Under the pieces are notes generated by a model. It ran no database searches and was not told the origin of the DNA. It saw nothing but the letters and a program-made list of their open reading frames with translations. From NCBI RefSeq assembly GCF_001194135.2, contig NC_068982.1, forward strand, positions 130,782,426 to 130,834,799: a stretch of 52,374 nucleotides of DNA. The letters run 5' to 3'. The stretch comes from Octopus bimaculoides. Its lineage: Eukaryota. A program made the position numbers and the translations under genes. Shown in pieces: positions 11,597 to 24,550 of the stretch (its first letter is position 1; each line of letters begins with the position of its first letter).

Positions 11597-13134
11597 TATT
11601 AAAGTAGTTTTCTTGCTAAGCAGTTTTGAGCCAATCCTAGGCTTCTAAAAAAATTACCACAAGTTATATTGCGTCCAGTATTTTCAAGTTCTTTTACTCA
11701 GTCTTCAACAAGTCTTGAACTTTGATTTGTCTCTCTCCCTTTTACTGGGTCTCTTCCAGTGGAGTTTTGCATGTTTCACCATCGCATATTGTCCAAATTT
11801 TAATTCCACATTTCCCTGGTTTTGAACGAATATACACCCGGAATGAGCAGCGTCCTCTGAATGAAACTAATTGTTTATCAACTGTCATGTATGAATTTGG
11901 AACATAACCATCTTGCAAATTCTGATACCACATTTCAAATACTTCTCCTATGGGCTCCAATTTATCATCACTTCTCTTTATTCTTCTTGCACTAGCATCG
12001 TCACAATGCAATACTTGTAAAATCTGTTGAAATCTTCCCGGCTCATAATTTTGTTGAATATTGGGCGGCCATCTTCTTGATCCATATTGTATGACCTTTT
12101 CATGTTTAGATTAATAAACACCTATGAGAATAATCAGTCCAATAAATTTCTTTAGTTCAGAGTGATCAATTTCCTTCCATTTATCTTAGTAAACAACCTG
12201 TCCATTTACGAATTACTTCAAGAAGATTCTAGCGCATAAAGATTGTAAAATATAGCAAAATGGCATGGTCCATATTCTTGGTGCACAATATTGCAAGATG
12301 AAGTTCTTACTACTGCTAGAGTAGGAGGATTAGATTGCCAAACTTCTTGTCTCTCTCTAGAAACATAATGCTCATTCATAATTGGGTGGCTTGCAGATAA
12401 TTGTTTTTGAGTATCTTCATCTGATGACACAGAACCTAAACTGTCCATCACACAATCATTTTCATCATCATCTTCGGAGCGATAGAAGGAATCACTACTA
12501 TCTTCCCATTCTTCATCTAATTCCAATAACCTTTTCGGTATTTGGTCTTCACTCAAGTTTTCACGACTAGGCATATTGGAAAGCACAACTGAACTATATG
12601 AAACTTGATAGCAGACTAAAGGCAGATATTGCTATCTCACATATTTATACTCTCCTGAAAGATGATGCGATATATTGTCAGAATTGCGTCAACACATAGA
12701 AATATTGCATCACCCTATAACCTAGCAGATTGAAGGTGATGCAATACCACACAAATTTATAGGAATATTTTCATAATTTTTCCTATTATATCAAAAATTC
12801 AGCAAATAAATTGAATAAAATTTTATCTATATTATGTCTGATAAATATCTAGGAAAATAATATTTGATACTGCTTTTATTCTGTTTGGAATGTCAAGAGT
12901 ATTGTCTAAATTTAATTCGAGGGTCCAATGGCCCAATACGGTAATTAATGTATAAAGTGAAATTTTCTAGCTTTTATAAACATACAGAAAATTTCTCATT
13001 TGACAAATAAAAGTGAGTCAAGAAAACTTAAGAGTCACGAGAAATCAGCAGAATCAAATTGTATAAACAGCAGGAAAAAGCAACTGAAAAAACTGAAATG
13101 GGTCCATTGGACCCATTGGTAGATAGAAAGTTAA
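11597..13134 (-). mobile_element. piggyBac DNA transposon, decayed, retains only the end upstream of the ORF
   Basis: Transposase remnants; terminus abuts TTAA at 13131-13134; subterminal palindromes GGGTCCATTGGACCC (13100-13114) and GGGTCCAATGGCCC (12921-12934). Confidence 0.85.
11598..12586 (-). pseudogene. piggyBac (PGBD4-like, DDE_Tnp_1_7) transposase pseudogene, frameshifted and truncated
   Basis: Acidic N-terminus (ORF 12218-12586); WKEIDHSELKKFIGLIILIG; DDKLEPIGEVF...MTVDKQLVSFRGRCSFRVYIRSKPGKCGIKIW (ORF 11742-12011); GRNITCGNFF near 11650. Catalytic D positions are mutated (VDK, CGN). Confidence 0.9.
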
Positions 13135-13196
13135 ACATGAGTAGGAAATATATTTCACGTTGTTAAAATACGAACAATTCAGCATATAACCACTAA

Positions 13197-13401
13197 TCCT
13201 TTCTACTATAAGCACAAAACCTGGAATTTGAGGGGAGAGGGATAGTCGATCACATCGACCCCAGTACTTGCCTTGTACTTAGTTTATCGACCCCGAAGGA
13301 TGAAAGGCAAATTCGACCTCGGCAGAATGTGAACTCAGAACGTAACAGAAGAAATACCGCTAAGCATTTGGTCCTAACGACATTGCCAGCTGGCCGCCTT
13401 T
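13197..13401 (-). mobile_element. tRNA-derived SINE, near full length
   Basis: ATCGACCCCAGTAC...TTTATCGACCCCGAAGGATGAAAGGCAAATTCGACCTCGGCAGAATGTGAACTCAGAACG...TGCCAGCTGGCCGCC. Confidence 0.9.
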
Positions 13402-14329
13402 GTATATAACCACTAATGGAACAGAACAGTGATCAGTTAGAGATATCAAATAAAATAGTTAGATATCTTCCCTTCGCTAACACAAAGAAACGTAAAAGAA
13501 GAACAATAAACTCACACGTACGCTAGTAACGCACAATGAGATGAATTTATTCTACGCAAACGCATACAGCAATCTATATACATATGTGCGAGCCAAATGT
13601 AGGTGCATCTATCCGGTTTTTCAACCTGCTAAATATAGCAGCCAAATTTCTCTCAAACCAATTCTTACTTTGTTATAATAGGAGGAACGTGTTGGGTAAT
13701 ATGGTCCTAGAAATACTATCTATGAAACGAAAGACAAGGGTTGGCTATAGTCATTGATAGTAGTTTTTTCTGGATCACGACCGGCCAAGAGCTAAAGACC
13801 TATAGCGACTTATATTTGTGCTCTTAACATGACGTATTATTGGTACTGCATTGTAAATTTTGCAATAAGAAGACATAAAAATAAAGCTTACATCATTTAA
13901 AACTGATGCAAGAGAATGAAAACCCAATCTATTATGGGTGGTTCTAGTACAGAGGTAATCAAATCTGTAATATTTTCCTGTCATATCCTTAAGACAGTTA
14001 CACACCCTCCATTAGAGCTCATTTTATTATATACTTCAATTATGTTAGTCTCTCTCTCTCTCTCTCTCTCTCTTCTGTACAATCAACAGGAATACGTACT
14101 AAGTAAAGTTTGTGTGTTTCAAGAAAGTGAAATTAAAACCCATGTATCAAAACGTGGCAAATTGATCTTAATTATTTTCATGGATTTAATGAGTTCATTG
14201 CTTTTATTGCTTTTAATGGTTTCTTGTGTTGTTGTAACTTTATAAGTAAACGCGCGTTCATACCGAACACTCTATGTACGTACGCATGAGAACATACGTA
14301 TCAAAATCTAGATAGGGACTATCATAAGT

Positions 14330-14380
14330 ATACATACACACGCACATACATAGATAGGTATGTTTGTGTGTGTGTGTGTG

Positions 14381-14424
<44 letters not shown>
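14330..14424. repeat. (TG)n microsatellite
   Basis: Direct reading. Confidence 0.95.
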
Positions 14425-14428
<4 letters not shown>

Positions 14429-14744
14429 ATCCTTATGGATAAACGAATACACTGCAACAGTGTAATAACAATAAAATAGAAACAAACGGCAGCAACCACA
14501 CGGAATGTAACAACAATCTTTTAAGAACCAACAGTCCAACACGCAAACTCGAACTGTAAACTTTGACCTCCAACTTTGAACTATTAACATACGTATTATG
14601 AACGTTTTCTTTATTTGTCACACTGGGTATACACGAACTACCAACTACCTCATTTACTCAGACCGCTACTATTTATATTTAGTGGTCAAGTCCATTCTCG
14701 CCAGCGGACGTCGTACTCTCGTACAACAATATATACACATATCT

Positions 14745-14840
14745 ATTTAAGGAAAGGGCATACTCGGCACCATCGACCCCAGTACTAGACTGGTACTGTA
14801 TTTAAAGATATCGGAGGGATGGCAATGAGTTGAATTCAGA
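14745..14840 (-). mobile_element. SINE fragment
   Basis: CATCGACCCCAGTACTAGACTGGTACT matches the SINE central segment. Confidence 0.65.
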
Positions 14841-15727
14841 TATACTCGAGATTGCTGGTTATACTCGAGATTGCTCCAATCTAACAAGCTCCAAGGAAAC
14901 AATTAAGCTAAGAGCATTAGATTCCTTGGAAGAAAGCAGCAAATGCATACGAAAACAAGGACGGGGAAAAAACAGAGAATGTTACACAAATACAAATAAC
15001 AGGACATAACAACAGGTGTCTTTCGACTAAAGATGAATTAAATTAAGCTGGCGTGTGTGGAAGTAAAGCCTTACGGCAGGGATATAAACATTTTATTTAT
15101 TTTCTGTAACAATGTAAACTACACAGAGACCTGAAAATTAACTAAGCTGCTTTGTGTTCGTTACTTCTTACGAAACAAACTTCAACTAATTATGAAACAT
15201 TTGTAGCTTCTATTTTACTTATTTCACCAAAAAACTTGGGATCTTTATTTGCCTTGTTAGCAGTGTTAATGGCTTATCGACATTCCTTTTAACTCCAATA
15301 TGGGAAGAAGTGTGTACTTATGATGTTAATAAACACATTTTATCGTATATTGTCCACGTTTTGTCTTCTACAGTAGCCGCCTAAATACTTGAAGCTTACT
15401 AGCTTCCTACGCTAGGCTCTCTGGATCGTACTTACCTACTGCCTGTGTGTGCATGCATGTGTGTTTGTATGTGAGTATGTGTGCGCGCGCGTTTGTATGT
15501 GTGTGTACACTTCTCTGTATTAGATTAATATGTGGACTGTTAGCCGAGAACGTAAGAGGATGCCCACACGATTATCTGAATCCATGTATTATACTAGAAA
15601 GTTTTATAATTATGATGAATTATTAGCAAGCAGATATTCACATGCACATATAGTTTTGGGCATACTTATGTATGTGCGTATATGTGTACGTGTGTGTGTG
15701 TGTACGTGTGAGTGTGCATGTGTAAGC

Positions 15728-15781
<54 letters not shown>

Positions 15782-15784
15782 GCA

Positions 15785-16045
15785 TATATATTTTTTTTAT
15801 TTATGCGCCCTTCCAAAGCCTAGCCAGGCTCATGAGCCCGGTTTCCCGGTTTCCATGGCGTATGTGCGCCCACCCCCAACTGGACGGGACACCAGTCCAT
15901 CGCAGCGTTACTCAAGAAACAGGAAGAAAGAGTGAGAGAAAATTGGGGCGAAAGAGTAGAACACGGGTCACCACCACCCCCTGCCGGAGCCTCGTGGAGC
16001 TTTAGGAGTTATCACTCAATAAACACACACAACGCCCGGTCTGAT
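15785..16045 (-). mobile_element. Second SINE family, tRNA head truncated
   Basis: GC-rich body (GGACGGGACACCAGTCCATCGCAG) ending in ACACAACGCCCGGTCTG, closely matching the head-proximal sequence of the SINE at 33060-33245. Confidence 0.6.
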
Positions 16046-16876
16046 TATTGTTGGTAAGGATGGGTATCTATTTGCTGGAGACATTAGTGTGCAAATGTCC
16101 ATAACGAAGTGAAATTTAAGCCAACCTATCTTTTATCAGTTTTGTTTGCTATACTGTTTCTAAGGGATTTTTACTCTATGACAAGATAGTCGACCCAAAT
16201 AAGAAAAATATTTTCTTTGTTCAACATCTTGACTTACATATTCATTCTCCGCAGGCAAGTATCATGTCTGGCCTGCACATGTTATCATAATTGTACTTAC
16301 GGTTAAAGTGAACAGATAGCTGCAAAGTTATTTGTGAGTGTTAGACATACGCCATTTTATGTTTTCAGGCTACTGGCTCACCAATTTAGCTCACATTTTT
16401 AAAATGTCATGTTTCTATGTTGAACTTCTTTTTCTCATGGCTGGGTTTCGCTTTTAAATCTCTCTTTATGATTCAATGAATCTACTTATATCAGATTAAG
16501 ACGGACTATTAGCAAATGAATGAAATATCTGTATTTATTATGTCTGACAGAAACCTAGAAATGACTGTCTCTATTCTCTTTCAGATAGAATTAAAATAAG
16601 AAAGGAAATCTACATAAGTTTTATTTAGATACAAAAATTATTCGAGCTTGTACTGGATTTAGTTAGTGAACTGCAGTCAGACTAAAGCACCGCCTTCTGG
16701 AAATAATCGTAGAACTTCATCCCAGTACTTTAAATTCTGGTACTTATTCTATCGTTTTCTTTTGCTTAACCGCTAAGTAACAGGGAATTAAAACAATGCC
16801 TGTTGTGAAGCAGTGTGGGGGCAAACACAAACGCAAATATGCGCGCGCGCACACACACACTTACATATATCTATAT

Positions 16877-16919
<43 letters not shown>

Positions 16920-19149
16920 AATATATATATATATNNNNNNNNNNNNNNNNNNNNNNNNNNNNNNNNNNNNNNNNNNNNNNNNNNNNNNNNNNNNNNNNNN
17001 NNNNNNNNNNNNNNNNNNNNNNNNNNNNNNNNNNNNNNNNNNNNNNNNNNNNNNNNNNNNNNNNNNNNNNNNNNNNNNNNNNNNNNNNNNNNNNNNNNNN
17101 NNNNNNNNNNNNNNNNNNNNNNNNNNNNNNNNNNNNNNNNNNNNNNNNNNNNNNNNNNNNNNNNNNNNNNNNNNNNNATATACAAACGCACACACACAAT
17201 ACACACAATAATAAAAGGAATTCGATGAATTGTTTCCTTTAATGTCATATAAATATCAGTCGAGAAACTTTTCATTGGCCTCACAAAAGCGCCTACCCAT
17301 AATTTCAGGAAAATAAATTTTTCTCTAAGTTCTGTTTCTGTCAATGTTATAGCCACATCACCTTTTCACACAACTTCAAGGAAGAATGATATCCAACAAG
17401 GGGCAATATTACCATAACAGGAAATAATAAAAATGGAAAACAGCTAATTTCACTGAAGCTTCAAAACAGCGAGGGTAGAATAAGAAACTGAAATATCGTT
17501 TAAACACTGGAACTCTTTATGTAACTATATCTGGTAAATTTAGTAATGCTCTTTGTAGACTTCAGTAGCTCGTCTTTATGAATAACATTCATTATAGGCT
17601 ATGTGATGTAACATTTATCTACGTTAGTTTGAAATTTGAGGTAAATTATATTAGTTTTTAATTTGAGAAATATAAAACCACATAGTCTTTATTTCCACAG
17701 TAACGGAAGTACGGGAGTGTGTATTGATACCTACTCGTATTTCCGCGGGTCAGCCAAGATAAACTGATACGGTAAAAAGATAGCCAGCAAATAGACAGCA
17801 AACTTTTACTCTGTCTCTAGTAAAATCACCGAACTGTGAGGGTTAAAGAATAGTCGGACAGGCGCAGTGTTTTATCAAATAAAATGGTTTTAAGCTGTTT
17901 CAATTTGTCAATCTCCGTGCCGAAGAAAGAAGAATTCGGAACGAACAAATGTTGAACTCTCTTTAGTAAAGCGAAAGGTGGAGCGACAAGTCTACTAATT
18001 TGGTGTGGGTGGTGGAGTGTTCAGGTCTGGTGTCTGTCAATTTGAGATTCACTGATATAAATCATCCGGTCATAGATACAACAGGACACACTTTATTCAC
18101 CTTTCAAAACCCCGGGAGACTAATACAAACATGAACAGTTTATTATATAACTTGCTATGCCAGTTTGAAATTTTGTTTTAAGTAATATATCTTATCCAAC
18201 CGAAGAGATAATGTTTATCAACTAATTACCATCTGAAATTGATAAGCTCACTGTCTCACGTCGCTGCAGAACAAAACCTAATTAAACATAAAAGTTTTAT
18301 TATTCGTTCTTTACTCATATATTCTGGGTTTGGGGCCGTGGAGGAAACTGAGCTCCGGTTTTTAAAATATGTAAATATTTTATTTGCATCATGAAAATGT
18401 CCAAATTTTGAAGTCATTTCTTAATTCAGAAGTTATTTATCGTAAGCTACTTTAATATGTTTTTATTTTCTCTTTTCAGGTTTTACACAATTTGGTGTCG
18501 ACACGTGGTTTCATTTTGTGGTTTTTATGCTTGTACACTGCATGAACATGTCTCTACATTATAATGTCGTCATCCCCACTTAGTTCTGGATAATACAAAT
18601 GTTAAAACCATTACAACACACGTCTCAAGTGAGTCGTTTTCAATTGTTTGCTATTTTATTTCAACTTACATCATTTTCCTTCTCCATATGGTTAACGAGA
18701 TATGTACTGTTATTATTACTGAAGTTATTATTGTTGTTTTTGTTGTTGTTTATTATTATTGTTATTGTTTTTAATTCAAAGTCAGTCCTGGTCGTGGAAA
18801 CCTATGATTAAAAGCATTCCGCTCGTAGCCCTCCGTTCAGTTTATTCTAGAATGATATTATGTGGTATCCTCTATTTAGAATCAAGGGAATGTTACTTTC
18901 GAAAGATTTGGCTGTTATTTCTAGCGTATAACATTACTCTGCTAGGGGTCACAGTCCGGTTTTGATATCCTGTATTAGCTGTAACTCTTTAGTTAAATTA
19001 CTAATGTCTTGGGAAAGTCATAAAAGTAATAACTCCTACACTTATTTCCGTGTAAATACCGAAAATCAATCCCCCAATGATATGTGATGATAATGATTGC
19101 TAAGAGTTGTGCACGATATGAGCGTGTTAGTGTTTATGTGTGGAACACT

Positions 19150-19335
19150 TGCTTACTGAGTAGCTATGAAGTGAGACAATATATTTATTGGAAACAGGCG
19201 GAGGGACAGTGTATGTACTGAGACTGAGTAGAGAAAGCAACTTAGGAGCAGATGCTGTAACAGTAGGCACACAAAAAGACAGGAGAAGAAACAGGAAAAC
19301 AGTGAGCTAGTATTTAGAGTGATTTGGTGAATGTG
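19150..19335 (+). repeat. Dispersed repeat of unknown class, copy 1
   Basis: GCTTACTGAG...GACAATATATTTATTGG...TAGGAGCAGATGCTGTAA...AGGAGAAGAAACAG recurs inverted at 20285-20482. Confidence 0.7.
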
Positions 19336-20067
19336 CTTCTGTGTGTGTGCGCGTGTATGTGTGTGTGTGTCTCGGAAGTTACTGGCTGACCACTCGATTG
19401 CGAGCAGGCTGACAGTGATTTGTCTAATTCACACTCTATCTGCGCTAGTATAACAAAGTTTGTTTATCTCTCATATTTCTTAATTGTAGTGTATCCAAGA
19501 TTCAGATATGTCTACCACAATTTTACTTTCTTACATTAAGAAGCAGCAAATTGTTTGTTAATGTAACATACACTCATGCATATGATACTAACTTCATTCG
19601 CTCTTAAACATTCCTCGCACATGTGATGAAATCTAGACAACTGCACTCTCCTGTGAACATAGACTTCGATTACATCTCTTAAAGGGAGTAGTATCTCACA
19701 ACGACACAAAGACAAACATGGCACATATCAAAGAAGCAATATTCTACCTCGCTCTCTAAACTCATTAAGAAATTGCCATAAACCCCTCATAGTCGTAGCA
19801 CAGCTAAGGGGTGATAATTTCTGGCGGTCTCTAATGACTACCTCCTAAATATATATAATATTGGGAAAACGTCATAACAAACAATAGGTTTCCTCTTTGG
19901 GGTTACAAATACTTGAGCATTCATCAGTTACTAACCTTCTCTAAATATCTCAATAAGAACCCACATTAGATTATTGGTCGCATAGCTGTAACGATGCTAC
20001 TACTACATGCATCTTCACACAAGACTGAACTCGAAAACCGGTCGTATAGTTAATTGAACAAATATGC

Positions 20068-20267
20068 TTTTCTACTCTAGGCGCAAGGCCCGAAATGTTG
20101 GGGGAGGGGTCCAGTTGATTAGATCGACCCCAGTACGCAACTGTTACTTAATTCATCAAAGGATGAAAGGCAAAGTCGACTTCGGCGGGGTTTGAACGTA
20201 AAGACAGACGAAATACCGGTAAGCATTTCGGCCGGCGTGCTAACGTTTCTCCCAGATCGCTGCCTTT
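20068..20267 (-). mobile_element. tRNA-derived SINE, near full length
   Basis: TTTCTACTCTAGGCGCAAGGCCCGAAA...GATCGACCCCAGTACGCAACTG...GGATGAAAGGCAAAGTCGAC...AAGCATTTCGGCCGGCGTGCTAACG. Confidence 0.9.
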
Positions 20268-20284
20268 GATTGAACAAATATTAT

Positions 20285-20482
20285 CTCACCAACTCACTTA
20301 AAATTCTGGCTTACTGCTCTGCTGTTTCTTCTCCTTTCCTCCTGTGTGTCTACTATTACAGCATCTGCTCCTACGAGCTTGCAAACTGTATGCTTTCTCG
20401 AGTCAATCTCAGTCCATACACTGTGTCCACTAGGCTCTTACCAATAAATATATTGTCTTACTTCACAGTTTCTCAGTAAGCA
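20285..20482 (-). repeat. Dispersed repeat of unknown class, copy 2, inverted relative to 19150-19335
   Basis: Reverse complement aligns to copy 1 over about 190 bp, with one roughly 15-nt indel. Confidence 0.7.
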
Positions 20483-22216
20483 CTTGTCCGAACTTGATTT
20501 CCCAGAATTGTTCTTTCAGTCATCAATCAAGATTTTCAAACAACATCGACAGCATCTATCTAACCGGAAGCAAAAACATAAAAGCTTCAATGTGATCGCT
20601 TGTTCTGCCAAAATTCGTAACCAAATTTCTCAAATTTCTACTATCTTGTGAAATTGCAACCGAAGCTCTCTTTATCATCTTTAAAAATATAGAACATATT
20701 GGCTCATGCTGTCTGAGAAAACCTACGTCTGAAATGACTAGATGGTGAGTCATAACTGCTCAATTAGGGTTGATTTGGAGCTAAACAATAATAATAGGAC
20801 CCACGAAATTCACGAGTACTTCTCGGCTTCCTCAAGATGACTTGAGAATGTTTTCCAAGTTTAGCAGACATCGTAGGTGTTTATCAAATGCAGGAGACAT
20901 TCTTGCTTGTAAAACAAAAATATTAATACCAACCGGAATAGTGCAAATGGAGATTGTAGCTTAAAGACGCATAAATCAAAATACAGTCACATATAAAGCA
21001 AGATGCAGTAATACATCAATGTACCTCATAAACTGTTTCTATAAACTCGAGAAGAGACAGCTAACGAGGAAAACTCTACATGGTTACTCAAGTTGCTTGA
21101 GGTAGCGACCTTATGTTTCTCAACGTTTTAAGAAATCTCACAAAATATTGTATTCCAAGATACATCTAAAAAGGCAGGATGGTTGCAGCTAAAGTGCTGC
21201 TCGAACATGTTTGGACAGGAACTAAGCAACGACATGTTTGTCGATATATTGACTGGGTGCAAATCCGACAAGAAAAATTAGTCTCTGAAATCATATTTAT
21301 ACTTATGCTCACTCATCGTTTACATTTTTCATTATATCTAAGCATAGGACGAAGAGAAAGGGTAATATTGTGATACCTGATTCATTTAACTTCAACCAAC
21401 AATCGAAACCGAATTGCTAACTCAGTTTGCTTGGAATTCGTCCTAGATATGAAAGTATCGCACATTCTGTTCAGGCGGATAGAGACATAATCACTTATAG
21501 GCAACGCTAACGTACCAAATTCTATTGTAAATCCTGTTTCGCATTAAGATTGTCTTTTTTTTTTTGTTAAAGATGAACGATTCTAGCTTTGTATAATCAG
21601 CACTAGTAGCCCAAAAGTCATTTACATGATGCAGAAGTCATATACCTTAAACCAAATTAAACAAACATGCATATGAGAACATTTAAAAAAAACTTTTCTA
21701 TACGCTTTGTATTACATGAAATGCACTTGTAGCTCTTGTTAATTTACATCACTCGGATCACTACCACAACCCCACCACCATCGCAGCTGGTATCGTCATC
21801 GTCGTCCTTGTCGTCGTAGTTGTCGACATCTTCATCGTTGTCACCATCAATCAACATCGTTCTAGTCTTGAACCAGCGGAATATTCCAACTACGCACAAA
21901 CAACAAATTTTTCAATACCGTTAACATTAGCTAGACAATATTGCTTTCCAGATTTTTTGCCGTAATCTAAGACAGAAGCAGACAACCCCTAATATATCAG
22001 CAATCACATTGTAGCTGCAGAATCTTTCACATTACCAGCTTTATGCCCATCTAACACGATGATATATAGAAAACCATACCATCTGTTGAGGATGACGAGG
22101 AAGTTATGCAACACAATCAACATATACACGTATTCTGATAGAGGGACGAGAATAATATTATGCTTCAATCCTGGACCCCGTTCATTGAAACCAAGAGATC
22201 GGGGAACCGAAACAAA

Positions 22217-22256
<40 letters not shown>

Positions 22257-22369
22257 TGTGTGTGTGTGTGTGTGTGTGCGTGTGTGTAATATTTTTCAAC
22301 CCAGTGTTACTGTGTTGCATCACTAATTTTCGAAGAACTCCCATTGCACTGCACGCCGCTGATATATAT

Positions 22370-22465
22370 TCTTTTCTACTCTCGGCACAAGGCCCGAAAT
22401 TTTTGGGGAGCAGGCCAGTCGATTAGATCGATGCCAGGACGCAACTGGTACTTAATTTAAGGACC
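22370..22465 (-). mobile_element. SINE 3' half, cut by an assembly gap
   Basis: TTTTCTACTCTCGGCACAAGGCCCGAAATTTTGGGG...GCAACTGGTACTTAATT followed by Ns. Confidence 0.85.
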
Positions 22466-23092
22466 NNNNNNNNNNNNNNNNNNNNNNNNNNNNNNNNNNN
22501 NNNNNNNNNNNNNNNNNNNNNNNNNNNNNNNNNNNNNNNNNNNNNNNNNNNNNNNNNNNNNNNNNNNNNNNNNNNNNNNNNNNNNNNNNNNNNNNNNNNN
22601 NNNNNNNNNNNNNNNNNNNNNNNNNNNNNNNNNNNNNNNNNNNNNNNNNNNNNNNNNNNNNNNNNNNNNNNNNNNNNNNNNNNNNNNNNNNNNNNNNNNN
22701 NNNNNNNNNNNNNNNNNNNNNNNNNNNNNNNNNNNNNNNNNNNNNNNNNNNNNNNNNNNNNNNNNNNNNNNNNNNNNNNNNNNNNNNNNNNNNNNNNNNN
22801 NNNNNNNNNNNNNNNNNNNNNNNNNNNNNNNNNNNNNNNNNNNNNNNNNNNNNNNNNNNNNNNNNNNNNNNNNNNNNNNNNNNNNNNNNNNNNNNNNNNN
22901 NNNNNNNNNNNNNNNNNNNNNNNNNNNNNNNNNNNNNNNNNNNNNNNNNNNNNNNNNNNNNNNNNNNNNNNNNNNNNNNNNNNNNNNNNNNNNNNNNNNN
23001 NNNNNNNNNNNNNNNNNNNNNNNNNNNNNNNNNNNNNNNNNNNNNNNNNNNNNNNNNNNNNNNNNNNNNNNNNNNNNNNNNNNNNNNNNNNN

Positions 23093-23093
23093 C

Positions 23094-23178
<85 letters not shown>

Positions 23179-23365
23179 CATATATACATATATATATACA
23201 TATATACATATATATATACATATATACATATATATATACATATATACATATATATACACATATATACATATATATACATATATACACATATATACACATA
23301 TATACACATATATACACACATATACACATATATACATATATATACATATATATACATATATATAT
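23093..23365. repeat. (CATATATA)/(TACACATA) compound micro/minisatellite
   Basis: Direct reading; follows a gap. Confidence 0.95.
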
Positions 23366-24159
23366 TGATCTTTTGGTTAAGAAATCGGCAACTTATCCTC
23401 TACACACCTTTATATTTGAGGCATTTATGAAAGGCAATAGAATTTTCGTGAAGTTCTGAACCAGGTTCAGGACCCGATTAGATGAGATTGCCATCTTTAT
23501 TAACAACGCTACCGTAACTTCATTGTCATGTTGAAGGGTCATAACAGTTATTTTGTAAGCGAATAGAATAAAACTAGGGATCACACAGATGCTATTTTGC
23601 TTATGCTTGTTTGACTTCTGTTTTTTTTTTTTATTTTGTTATTTTTTCTGATTTCTTTCTCAATCTCTGTTGGTGGCAGCTAACACATTCCAAGTGGTTA
23701 CCGCAGATTATTATTGTTTTTATCTTCTACCTCCATTTCTCTCTCATGCTCTCAAACATTTCGATGTAGCACCACATTGACCTTATATTAAATGCCCCTC
23801 CCTTTTACTGACTTCAGTCGTGGTACCCCCGGTGATAACCTTTATGTTCAGAGCCATTACACCCGAAGTGCCTAAAAGCAAAGGCACATGCCTTAGTGAA
23901 CCCACCTGTGGCTTCTTGAAAGAGTAAATGAATAAATAAGCAAGCAAACAAAATATCATGGAGTATTTATTTAATCAACTCATATGCAGTCTGCTGGCTG
24001 GCTGGCTGACTGGTGTAGTTCCTAAATTTATCCGATTTTCTGATGTTGCGTTTGTTATGTATGTACATTGTGTATTTCAAGTAAAAACAGATGTAAAGGC
24101 GTAAAATAAATAAACTAACACTAAAACTAAAAAAAATTAGAAGCCGACCATTTTTCCCT

Positions 24160-24550
24160 ACAACCACTACCACCACCACCATCATCCTCCCTCGGCCGCA
24201 AAATACTGCTTTCATTTCGAATCATCATCATTGCTTCACATTCATCCCCGCCGACATTACCGTACAATAACAACTACTACTACTACTACTACTACTGCTT
24301 CTGCTGCTGCTGCTGATGATGATGCTACTAGCCAAACATCATCATCAACCTTCACTTCTTAAAGTATTTCCATCACTGTTGTCATCATTAACTCTCCACC
24401 ATTACCGATACCGTAATTATTACCAACCGCTAGCTCCCGCTCTCTTTCTGTCTCTTTCTTTCTCTTACTCTCTCCCTATCTCGCTCTCTCTCTACCTCTC
24501 TTTCTCTCTCTCTACCTCCCTTTCTCTCTCTCTACCTCTCTTTCTCTCCC
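24160..24550. repeat. CAC/TAC/TGC trinucleotide tracts plus (CT)n
   Basis: Direct reading. Confidence 0.9.

Noticed and set aside
14841-14875. 16-bp direct repeat TATACTCGAGATTGCT x2; similar short duplications at about 33828, 46750 and 46790
   Set aside because: Only two copies each, consistent with slippage duplication; not a CRISPR-like or regularly spaced array.
20500-21400. Possible LTR-retrotransposon internal region next to the repeat at 20285
   Set aside because: No convincing RT, RNase H or integrase motif, and no polypurine tract.
22423-23357. Long ORFs spanning N-runs (also 10.7, 16.8, 29.0, 32.5, 39.5, 43.6 and 50.5 kb)
   Set aside because: They are artefacts of assembly gaps translated as X.
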